Below, piece after piece: positions 11,146-22,900 of a DNA stretch of 26,267 nt. Under the pieces are notes generated by a model. It saw only the letters and a program-made list of their open reading frames with translations. It searched no databases and had not been told where the DNA came from. Source of the stretch: Octopus sinensis (lineage: Eukaryota); NCBI RefSeq assembly GCF_006345805.1, contig NW_021834749.1, positions 1-26,267 of the forward strand, read 5' to 3'. Both the position numbers and the translations under genes were made by a program. Numbering within the stretch: position 1 is the first letter of the stretch; every line of letters begins with the position of its first letter.

Positions 11146-11219
11146 TATTTCAAGTGTGTCATTACGGTTGGTTATTAGTAAAGGAGCGCTGAAGCGTTCA
11201 AGCGAGAAAGAGTGATTGA

Positions 11220-11566
11220 AGGAGAGAGCGAAAGAGAGAGAGAGAGAGAGGGGGGATAGAGAAGAGAGAGAGAAAGGGACAGAGCGACGGAGAGAGAGGG
11301 AGAGAGACAAACAGACAGAGAGAAAGGGGGCTTAGAGAGAGCAAAAATATATCAAAGAGAAAATATTCAAAGAGAGACTGCGATGCGACCACACACACAC
11401 ACACACACACTGTACATACATACATACAAACATACATACATACATATATCAATATGTACATACAGACTCACACTCACACACACAGACATATATATAGGTA
11501 TATATTTATGCATACCTGTATGCATGTGTATATATATATATATGTTTGTATGTATATATAATATAT

Positions 11567-11612
<46 letters not shown>

Positions 11613-11665
11613 CATACTTATATGCATGCACATCTATGAGTATCCGCACACACACACACATAATG

Positions 11666-11702
<37 letters not shown>

Positions 11703-11933
11703 ATATGGAATCAATGAATGTAGAATGTAGGGCTGGCGAGATGTAGTAAAACTCTGTTGTACGCCATTTATTGCTAAAGTCGGGTGCATGAATAGCGAGA
11801 AAGGGTGAGACACAAAATTAATAAAATGTATATGTCTATATTCATATAAACGTTTCGTTCTAAATTTATATACATTTATGTTATGACTGTGCACGCGTAT
11901 ACACATATTGAATATATATACAACGATATCTAC

Positions 11934-11974
<41 letters not shown>

Positions 11975-12085
11975 TCGTTATGTACATTCTTTCCCTTGCA
12001 CACGCGCGCACACACACATTCGTAGAATTAATGTATGTTTATATGTCTATATATATATACATATATGTTGGTATGCATATATATA

Positions 12086-12121
<36 letters not shown>

Positions 12122-12341
12122 CTGTATGCTGATATACATAAAATGAGAGAGAGAAGGTAAAAGGTATGTTATACATATGTATATGTGTATGTACGTGTAT
12201 CTAGCTTCTGCTTTTTCCATGATCGCATGTGAGTATATTATTATATATATATATATATATATAATCTTAGGCATAAAAGTGGATTCTTGTTTATGTATAT
12301 GAATTTATACGTGCACGTACACATACATTTATACATAACTT

Positions 12342-12382
<41 letters not shown>

Positions 12383-12420
12383 ATATATATATATATATAG
12401 GTATGTATGTTTACGTAATG
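11220..12420. repeat. (GA)n, (CA)n and (TA)n microsatellite-rich region
   Basis: Direct reading. Confidence 0.85.
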
Positions 12421-12546
12421 TTTGTATGTATACATGTATACGTTCATTTCTACTAATATATTTTGCAGATTGATCGAAAATCTATTAATGATAAATCCTA
12501 GGCGATTTGATAAACGAATATTAACCTATTATTAAACAAATGAAAA

Positions 12547-12653
12547 ATGCTAAATACGGAACTAATGCTTAGGCATTCCAGTGAGGGAAGAAAATCTTTA
12601 TTTGCTGAAGAAATGAGTTTGCGAATGAACAGAAGAGTGGTCTATAAAGGGAG
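12547..12653 (+). CDS. Candidate coding part of a spliced exon (exon 12469-12653), peptide MLNTELMLRHSSEGRKSLFAEEMSLRMNRRVVYKG; product unknown
   Basis: Branch point tactaat and acceptor tattttgcag| before 12469; donor GAG|gtaatt at 12654; in-frame TGA at 12541-43 upstream of the ATG. No homology recognised. Confidence 0.3.
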
Positions 12654-13012
12654 GTAATTGACTGTATAACTATTGGGATGTATTTGAGAGTAGGGATTTG
12701 CGTCGGAGCCAAAGAGCAACGTTTTTGGAGAAGCGATGGATTGGGTTAAATACATTTATGCTGTTAACTAGCTGACTATGTACGGATTGGAACCCTCTGG
12801 CCCTGCGGCATCACAAGGAAGGCACGTAACATCTGCTACACAACGTCTATAACCATACTGCAAGTTGTGTGTGTGTGAGTACACGCACACACTGATATAT
12901 ATATATATATATAATTTCAACAATTGAGGGTAAAATTAATTAATTATTAATCAATTTCACCAAGTATTCAGTATGTAAAGGGACCATTTTAGGCGAATTC
13001 AAAATATTACAT

Positions 13013-13261
13013 TATATATAAGGGCTTAGTAAAATAAAATACTTTGCCACATACTGAACTCATTAGAAATAGCAGCTAAAGAAATTTCTTCAGCACTTAT
13101 GATTTTAATGTTTTTTCCCCCATACCTTTGTGAGTTTTGTTTAGGCAAGCACTATCTGAGAGAGATCTTTCTTTAAGTATTAGAAATAGCTGAAGAAATT
13201 TCTTTAGCTGCTATTTCTAATGAGTTCAGTATGTGGCAAAGTAAGTTTTATTTTACTAAGC

Positions 13262-13270
<9 letters not shown>
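13013..13270. mobile_element. Inverted repeat element, ~82-bp arms (13013-13094 / 13189-13270), TA-flanked
   Basis: tatatataagggcttagtaaaataaaatactttgccacatactgaactcattagaaatagcagctaaagaaatttcttcagc and its near-exact reverse complement. Confidence 0.85.
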
Positions 13271-13304
<34 letters not shown>

Positions 13305-13476
13305 ATGTATGGTATATATATATATGTGTGTGTGTTTATATGCATATATATATATGTATATATACACACATAGATACACATAGATAGATACACATACAGA
13401 CACACACAAACACACACGCACACACAAACACTCACACACACACACAAACACACACACACACACATATATATGCCAC

Positions 13477-13548
13477 TGATCGGTAGTATAGGGGTAAGTA
13501 TCTCAGACTGTCACGCGGTAGAACGGGGTTCGATTCCCGAATGGGGAG
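13477..13548 (+). pseudogene. tRNA-Asp(GTC)-derived pseudogene / SINE head
   Basis: tgatcggTAGTATAGgGGTaAGTATCtcagaCTGTCACGCGGtAGAaCGGGGTTCGATTCCCgaatGGGGAG follows eukaryotic tRNA-Asp, with anticodon GTC at 13510-12. The acceptor and anticodon stems are broken by mismatches. Confidence 0.8.
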
Positions 13549-13605
13549 GCTAATACCTTTTCTGGTGGCGCTCCACGATGGCCGCAACCTTAGACTGAAT
13601 CATAT

Positions 13606-13920
13606 TTCCGGGTTCAGTCCCACTGCGTGGCACCTTGGGCAAGTGTCTCCTGCTACAACCTTGGATCGACCAAAGCTTTGCGACTCGATTCGGTAGACGG
13701 AAACTGAAAGAAGCTCGTCGTATATCTATGTCTATATATGTATGTCTGTGTGTGGCTGTGTTTAATGACCGATGCTGGTGTGTTTATGTCCCAGTAACTT
13801 AGACGTTCGGCAAAAGAGACCGCTACAATAAGTACAAATAATAAGACCTAGGGTCGATTTGTTCGACTAAAAGCAGTGCTCCAGCATGGCCGCAGTCAAA
13901 TGACTGAAACAAGTAAAAGA
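13606..13920 (+). mobile_element. Octopus-type tRNA-derived SINE, 5'-truncated, with internal microsatellite
   Basis: ttccgggttcagtcccactgcgtggcaccttgggcaagtg...ggtagacggaaactgaaagaagctcgtcg (TA/TG) ...gctccagcatggccgcagtcaaatgactgaaacaagtaaaaga. It is homologous to 14188-14576 and 15589-15750. Confidence 0.9.
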
Positions 13921-14187
13921 AATATACGTATATGTATATAGGTATACACACACACACATATATATATATGTATATATATATATATACATACATACATATA
14001 TATATATATATATGTGTGTATATATATATACATATATATAATATACAATACATACATATATATATACACACACACACACACAACATAGAACGTACGACTT
14101 TGAGTTGAAAATATTAACCAGATCGATTGAATAAATGTAAATGTGGAGATCGAAGCTGGAGAAAGTTGTTCTGTGCTGTTTTACCCA

Positions 14188-14382
14188 TTACTTGTTTCAG
14201 TTATTTGTACTTATTCCATCGGTCTCTTTTGCCGAACCGCTAGGTTACGGGGACGTAAACACACCAGCATCGGTTGTCAAGCGATGTTGGTGGGACAAAC
14301 ACAGACACACAAACATACACACACACACACAAACATACACACACACACACATATATAAATGTGTGTGTGTATATATATGTAT

Positions 14383-14413
<31 letters not shown>

Positions 14414-14576
14414 CGACGAGCTTCTTTCAGTTTCCGTCTACCAAATCCACTCACAAGGCATTGGTCGGCCCAAGGCTATAGTAGAAAACACATGCCGAAG
14501 ATGTCACGCAGTGGGACCGAACCCGGAACCATGTGGTTCGTAAGCAAGCTACTTACCACACAGCCACTCCTAAGCC
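14188..14576 (-). mobile_element. Same SINE family, near full length, with an internal deletion in the tail
   Basis: Reverse complement of the family with intact head (ggagtggctgtgtggtaagtagc...ccgggttcggtcccactgc) and a central (CA/TA)n. Part of the tail is missing between cagttattt and gtacttattc. Confidence 0.9.
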
Positions 14577-14889
14577 TCTGTAAATTTGTTATTCAAAACG
14601 AAGGGAGAATAAGTTTCCGGGTGAATGGGTCTACATATCCGTTATACCCTTGTAGATGAGAAACAACATAAGAAAATTAGGGTACCCGTCTATGGGACCC
14701 TTGGGGATCTCTTTTATCTAGGTTCCGTGAGATCCTGAAATGCCTCCAATGTGGTTCTATTTCCTATCATTTGGAGACGACTTTTGCTGTTTTTCTTAAA
14801 CTGCAATTTACAGTTTCCCGTAAATGTTTTTTGTATTACATACAGCCATCATTTATTCTGTCGTGTTTTGGGTTTTGTTTGCCATGATT

Positions 14890-15277
14890 TGGGGGCATCT
14901 TGGACAGTAATGAGAACATAGATGTGGAACAAAGGCCTGAAATATATATGCAGTGATCAATAACTAGAGAATTCTAGAGGGACTTATACCAAACTTTGGC
15001 ACTGAATGAGACACAAACGCCAGAACGCAGTGTCACCACATAGTGCCAAATATCCCAAACATCGTCCAAGTTGTGGGAAGTTTCGAAGGAACCACAGGTT
15101 GGGTTTCGAAGGACCTAATACTGCCGAGGCAGGAAACGCAGATTAGAGCAGCAACATCAAACTTCCTCATTCACCAAATTCCACATGACAGGCGAGGTTC
15201 AAAGTAATGAACGTGCAGTGAAACTAACAGTGGTGCTCCAACGTGGCCGCAGGTTAAGGGCTGAAACTAGTAAAAAA
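14890..15277 (+). mobile_element. Probable decayed 3' end of a non-LTR retrotransposon (RTE-like) carrying the SINE-type tail
   Basis: Interrupted frame ...MRHKRQNAVSPHSAKYPKHRPSCGKFRRNHRLG... resembles the C-terminal K/R-rich + CxxCG(K/R)..GL motif of RTE ORFs. It ends in ggtgctccaacgtggccgcaggttaagggctgaaactagtaaaaaag (15231-15277). Confidence 0.45.
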
Positions 15278-15588
15278 GTACAAGATTAATTAACAGTAAC
15301 TATTAATATCATTTTACAATTGCTGTTGTTGTTGTTGTTGTTGCTTGTGTTCTTACCGTAATTAAAATTCTTTGGAACATACATACATCCACACACAGAG
15401 ACATGCATGCACACTCAGAGAATACGTGCACATATATATATTATATATATATATATATATATGTATATAAATGTGTATGTATGTGTGTGTGCGTTTGTGT
15501 GTGCATTTATGTGTATGTATGTTTTGTGTGTGTGTGTGTGTGTGTGTTTATGTGTGTGTCTGTGTTTATATGTTTGTATATGTGTATA

Positions 15589-15750
15589 CGACGGGCTTCT
15601 TTCAGTTTCCGTCTACCAAATCCACTCACAAGGCTTTGATCGGCCCGAGGCTATAGAGAGAAGATACTTGCCCAAGGTGTCACGCTGTGAAACTGAACCC
15701 GGAACACGTGGTTTGGAAGCATGCTGCTTACCACACGACACTCTTGCACC
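15589..15750 (-). mobile_element. 5' half of the same SINE family, ending at the internal (TG/TA)n
   Basis: cgacgggcttctttcagtttccgtctaccaaatccactcacaaggctttgatcggcccgaggc...actgaacccggaac...cttaccacacgacactcttgcacc. Confidence 0.9.
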
Positions 15751-15790
15751 TAGTCTATTTATATATATATATGCATATATATATATACAA

Positions 15791-15845
<55 letters not shown>

Positions 15846-16219
15846 ACCACACACATATATATATATACATACATTAATAATCAATATAGGGTAGCAAAAA
15901 ATTCGTATTTATATATGTATATATATATATGCTGTATATATATGTATGTATGTATATTCAAATATGAATTAGAAGCAGCTGGAGGTAAATAAACGAAATC
16001 GAACCCACACACAGAAAGTATGTGTGTTGTTAGCTCGTGGGTCGTTTGCGACTTTTAGGCGTAAGAGAATTCATTCTCTATGCATCAGGTGTACAAACAC
16101 CAGGCGCATATAATATACATACACACACACACACGCACACCATAAATAGTTAAACAGGACGTTAAGGCAAGGCAAACATCTCAAGTCGTATACATTATTA
16201 TTATTGGTAATAATACAAA

Positions 16220-16275
16220 GTCTTACAGCTGTTTCTGGGGTATCCCCGTGTATGGCTTATTCCGTCATCAGAGAC
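16220..16275 (-). ncRNA. Minimal hammerhead-like motif with palindromic stem III and imperfect stem II
   Basis: Minus strand: gtct CTGATGA cggaataagccatacacggggatacccca GAA ACAGCTGT A agac. It has a 4-bp stem I and a GUA triplet; the stem II closing pair is C-A. Confidence 0.5.
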
Positions 16276-16554
16276 AAATTGGGGGGAAATATGGAAAATG
16301 GGAATGGTATATATTAATAAGATGACGACATAGAGGAAGGGAGTAAAAGAATAAGGAGATGGAAAGGAAGAAGGAAAAAAAGGAGCATAAAAGTACATTG
16401 TTCAACTTTCCAAAGTTATAGAAACCAGAGCATGAGTCCTTACTTATACTCCCAAATTTCTTTGCCGTTTCCCTCCTTCGGGAATCTCTAACATACGAAC
16501 ACTCTTTATTGTGTACGCACTCACACACATACCCTAATTTTGTACCCTTTCTGT

Positions 16555-16910
16555 ATCTTTCTCTCTCTCTCTCCATCTGTCTCTCTCTTCCCTCTATCTA
16601 TCTATCTATCTCACGCTCTCGCATTTACACACACTCTCACAAGAACGCACACACACGCACACACACTTTCGCTTTTTCTCTCCCTCCATCTTTACACCCC
16701 TATCTCTTTCCGTGTATCCGTTTCTAGTCCTCTCTCTCTCTCCCCTCTCTCCCACTTCCCCCTCTGAATCTCTGTATCTATCTATCTATCTTATGCTCTC
16801 ACATTTACAAACTCTCTTTCTCTGTATCCATCTCTATCTCCTCTTTCTCCCCCTCTCTCCCTCTCCCCTCTCTCTCTCTCTCTCTCCCTTTCTCTCTCTC
16901 TCCCCCAACA
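16555..16910. repeat. (CT)n/(CTAT)n low-complexity tract with a diverged ~55-bp internal duplication
   Basis: cttcccctctatctatctatctatctcacgctctcgcatttacac versus cttccccctctgaatctctgtatctatctatctatcttatgctctcacatttacaa. Confidence 0.8.
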
Positions 16911-16983
16911 TAATCGAATATTTCCTGACGGCCACAGATACAGAATTCTTGACAAAACACAAAAAGAAAAAAAAACCAAAAAC

Positions 16984-19900
16984 ATCACCATCACCACCAC
17001 CAATCCACCACCACCACGATCCCCACTGCCATCACCACCACCACCACCAATCCACCACCACCACGATCACCACTGCCATCACCACCACCACCACCAATCC
17101 ACCACCACCATGATCCCCACTGCCATCACCACCACCACCACCAATCCACCACCACCACGATCACCACTGCCATCACCACCACCACCACCAATCCACCACC
17201 ACCACGATCCCCACTGCCATCACCACCACCACCACCACCATCCACCACCCACCACGATCCCCACTGCCATCACCACCACCACCACCAATCCACCACCACC
17301 ACGATCACCACTGCCATCACCCCACCACCACCAATCCACCACCCACGATCACCACTGCCATCACCACCACCACCACCAATCCACCACCACCATGATCCCC
17401 ACTGCCATCACCACCACCACACCAATCCACCACCACCACGATCACCACTGCCATCACCACCACCACCACCAATCCACCACCACCACGATCCCCACTGCCA
17501 TCACCCCACCACCACCAATCCACCACCACCACGATCACCACTGCCATCACCACCACCCACCACCAATCCACACCACCACGATCACCACTGCCATCACCAC
17601 CACCACCACCAATCCACCACCACCACGATCCCCACTGCCATCACCACCACCACCCACCACCAATCCACCAACACCACGATCAACCACTGCCATCACCAAC
17701 CACCACCAATCCACCACCACCACGATCACCACTGCCATCACCACCACCACCACCCATCACCACCACCACGATCACCATGCCATCACCACCACCACCACCA
17801 ATCCCCACCACCACGATCCCCACTGCCATCACCACCCACCACCAATCCACCACCACCACGATCACCACTGCCATCACCACCACCACCACCAATCCACCAC
17901 CACCACGATCACCACTGCCATCACCACCACCACCACCAATCCACCACCACCACGACCCACTGCCATCACACCACCACCACCAATCCACCAACACCACGAT
18001 CACCACTGCCATCACCACCACCAATCACACCACCACCACGATCCCCACTGCCATCACCACCACCACCACCAATCCACCACCACCACGATCACCACTGCCA
18101 TCACCACCACCACCACCACCAATCCACCACCACCACGATCCCCACTGCCATCACCACCACCACCACCAATCCACCAACACCACGATCACCACTGCATCAC
18201 CACCACCAACCAATCCACCACCACCACGATCCCCACTGCCATCACCCACCACCACCACCAATCCACCACCACCACGATCACCACTGCCATCACCACCCAC
18301 CACCAAACCATCCACAACCAAACGATCCCCACTGCCATCACCACCACCACCACCAATCCACCACCACCACGATCACCACTGCCATCACCAACCACCACCA
18401 CAATCCACCACCACCACGATCCCCACTGCCATCACCACCACCCCACCACCACCAACCACCAACACCACGATCACCACTGCATCACCACCACCACCACCAA
18501 TCCACCACCACCACGATCCCCACTGCCATCAACCACCACCACCACCCAATCCACCACCACCACGATCCCCACTGCCATCCCACCACCACCACCAATCCAC
18601 CACCACCACGATCACCACTCTGCCATCACCACCACCACCACCAATCCCACCACCACCACGATCCCCACTGCCATCACCACCACCACACCCAATCACCACC
18701 ACCACGCTCCCCACTGCATCTCACCACCACCACCACCAATCCACCACCCCACGATCCCCACTGCCATCACCACCACCACCACAATCCACCACCACCACGA
18801 TCACCACTGGCCACCACCACCAACCACCAATCCACCACCACCACGATCACCACTGCCATCACCACCACCACCACCAATCACCACCACCACGATCCCCACT
18901 GCCATCACCACCACCACCACCAACCACACCACCACGATCACCACTGCCATCACCACCACCACACACCAATCCACCACCACCACGATCCCCACTGCCATCA
19001 CCACCACAACCACCAATCCACCACCACCACGATCACCACTGCCATCACCACCACCACCACCAATCCACCACCACCACGATCACCACTGCCTCACCACCAC
19101 CACCACCAATCCACCACCACCACGATCACCACTGCCATCACCACCACCAATCCACCACCACCACGACGATCCCCACTGCCATCACCACCACCACCACCCC
19201 CCCATCCACCAACACTACGATCACACTGCCATCCACCACCACACACCACCAATCACCAACACCACGATCCCCACTGCCATCACCACCACCACCACCAATC
19301 CCACCACCACACGATCCCCACTGCCATCACCACCACCACCACCAATCCACCACCACCACGATCCCCACTGCCATCACCACCACCACCACAATCCACCACC
19401 ACCACGATCCCCACTGCCATCACCACCACCACACCAATTCCCACACCACCACGATCACCACTGGCCATCACCACCACCACCACCAATCCACCACACACGA
19501 TCACCACTGCCATCACCACCACCACCACCAATCCACCACCCACCATGCCCCACTGCCATCACCACCACCACCAATCCACCACCACCACCAATCCACCACC
19601 ACCACGATCACCACTGCCATCACCACCACCACCACCAATCCACCACCACCACGATCCCCACTGCCATCACCACCACCACCACCAATCCACCACCACCACG
19701 ATCACCACTGCCATCACCACCACCACCACCAATCCACCACCACCACGATCACCACTGCCATCACCACCACCACCACCAATCCACCACCACCACGATCACC
19801 ACTGCCATCACCACCACCACCACCAATCCACCACCACCACGATCCCCACTGCCATCACCACCACCACCACCAATCCACCACCACCACGATCACCACTGCC

Positions 19901-22900
19901 ATCACCACCACCACCACCAATCCACCACCACCACGATCACCATCTGCCATCACCACCACCACCACCAATCCACCACCACACGATAACCACGCTACCACCA
20001 AACCACACCAATCCACCACCACCACGATCCCCACTCCATCACCACCACACCACCAATCCACCACCACCACGATCACCACTGCCATCACCACCACCACCAC
20101 CAATCCACCACCACCACGATCACCACTGCCATCACCACCACCACCACCAATCCACCACCACCACGATCCCCACTGCCATCACCACCACCACCACCAATCC
20201 ACCAACACCACGATCACCACTGCCATCACCACCACCAATCCACCACCACCACGATCCCCACTGCCATCACCACCACCACCACCAATCCACCACCACCACG
20301 ATCACCACTGCCATCACCACCACCACCACCAATCCACCACCACCACGATCCCCACTGCCATCACCACCACCACCACCAATCCACCAACACCACGATCACC
20401 ACTGCCATCACCACCACCAATCCACCACCACCACGATCCCCACTTGCCATCACCACCACCACCACCCAATCCACCACCACCACGATCACCACTGCCATCA
20501 CCACCCCACCACCAATCCACCACAACACGATCCCACTGCCATCACCACCACCACCACCAATCCACCACCACCACGATCACCACTGCCATCACCAACCACC
20601 ACACCAATCCCACCACCACCACGATCCCACTGCCATCACCACCACCACCACCAATCCACCAACACCACGATCACCACTGCCATCACCACCACCAATCCAC
20701 CACCACCACGATCACCACGGCCATCACCACCACCCACCACCAACCACCAACACCACGATCCCCACTGCCATCCACCACCACCACCACCAATCCACCACCA
20801 CCACGATCACCATGCCATCACCACCACCACCACCAATCCACCAACACCACGATCCCCACTGCCATCACCACCACCACCACCAATCCACCAACACCACGAT
20901 CCCCACTGCCATCACCACCACCACCACCAATCCACCACCACCACGATCACCACTGCCATCACCACCACCACCACCAATCCACCAACACCACGATCACCAC
21001 TGCCATCACCACCACCACCACCAATCCACCAACACCACGATCCCCACTGCCATCACCACCACCACCACCAATCCACCACCACCACGATCACCACTGCCAT
21101 CACCACCACCACCACCAATCCACCAACACCACGATCACCACTGCACTCACCAACACCACCACCAATCCACCACCACCACGATCACCACTGCCATCACCAC
21201 CACCACCACCAATCCACCCACTACGTCACCACTGCCATCACCACCACCACCACCAATCCACCACCACCACGATCACCACTGCCATCACCACCACCACCCC
21301 AATCCTCCACACCACGATCACCACTGCCATCACCACCACCACCACCATCACACCACCACCACGATCACACTGCCATCACCACCACCACCACCATCCACCA
21401 ACACCACGATCACCACTGCCATCACCACCACCACCACCAATCCACCAACACCACGATCACCACTGCCCTCACCACCACCACCACCATCCACCACCACCAC
21501 GATCACCATGCTGCCATCACCACCACCACACCAATCCACCAACACCACGATCCCCACTGCCATTCACCACCCCACCACCAATCCACCACCACCACAGATC
21601 ACCACTGCCATCACCACCACCACCACCAATCCACCACCCACCACGATCCCCACTGCCATCCCACCACCACCACCAATCCACCAACACCACGATCACCAAT
21701 GCATCACCACCACACAATCCACCACCACCACGATCACCACTGCCATCACAACCACCACCACCAATCCACCACCACCACGATCCCCACTGCCATCACCACC
21801 ACCACCACCAATCCAAACCCCACCACGATCACCACTGCCATCACCACCACCACCACAATCCACCAACACCACGATCCCCACTGCCATCACCACCACCACA
21901 CCAATCCACCAACACCACGATCCCCACTGCCATCACCACCACCCACCACCAATCCACCACCACCACGATCACCACTGCCATCACCACCACCACCACCAAT
22001 CCACCAACACCACGATTCCACTTGCCATCACCACCACCACCACCAATCCACCACAAACCACGATCACCACTGCCATCACCACCACCACCACCAATCCACC
22101 AACACTACGATCAACCACTGCCATCACCACACACCACCCATCCACCAACACCACGATCCCCACTGCCAACACCACCACCACCACCAATCCACCAACACCA
22201 CGATCCCCAATGCCATCACCACCACCACCACCAATCCACCACCACCACGATCCCCACTGCCATCACCACCACCAACCACCAATCCACCAACACACGATCC
22301 CCACTGCCATCACCACCCACCACCACAATCCACCACCACACGATCACCACTGCCATCACCACCACCACCACCAATCCACCAACACCACGATCACCACTGC
22401 CATCACCACCACCACCACCAATCCACCACCACCACGATCACCACTGCCATCACCACCACCACCACCAATCCACCAACACTACGATCACCACTGCCATCAC
22501 CACACCCCACCAATCCACCACCACCACATCACCACTGCCATCACCACCACCACCACCAATCCACCACCACCACGATCACCACTGCCATCACCACCACCAC
22601 CACCAATCCACCACCACCACGATCACCACTGCCATCACCACCACCACCACCAATCCACAAACACCACCTTCCACGATCACCACGGCCACCAAACCACCAC
22701 CACACCAATCCACCAACACCACGATCACCACTGCCATCACCACCACCACCACCAATCCACCACCACCACGATCACACTGCCATCACCACCACCACCACCA
22801 ATCCACCCACCACCACGATCACCACTGCCATCACCACCACACCACCAATCCACCAAACCACGATCCACCCACTGCCATCCACACCACCACCAATCACCAC

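Noticed and set aside
12783-12840. Minus-strand tRNA-like sequence with B-box GGTTCCAATCC
   Set aside because: Too degenerate to assign; no cloverleaf.
13477-13548. Functional tRNA-Asp gene
   Set aside because: The acceptor, anticodon and T stems have multiple mismatches.
13895-13915. GAAAC-AA-GTA after a hairpin in the SINE tail as a hammerhead
   Set aside because: No upstream CUGANGA; better explained as a LINE-tail stem-loop.
6989-16000. YIYI/THTH/CVCV/SLSL ORFs
   Set aside because: Translations of dinucleotide and tetranucleotide microsatellites.
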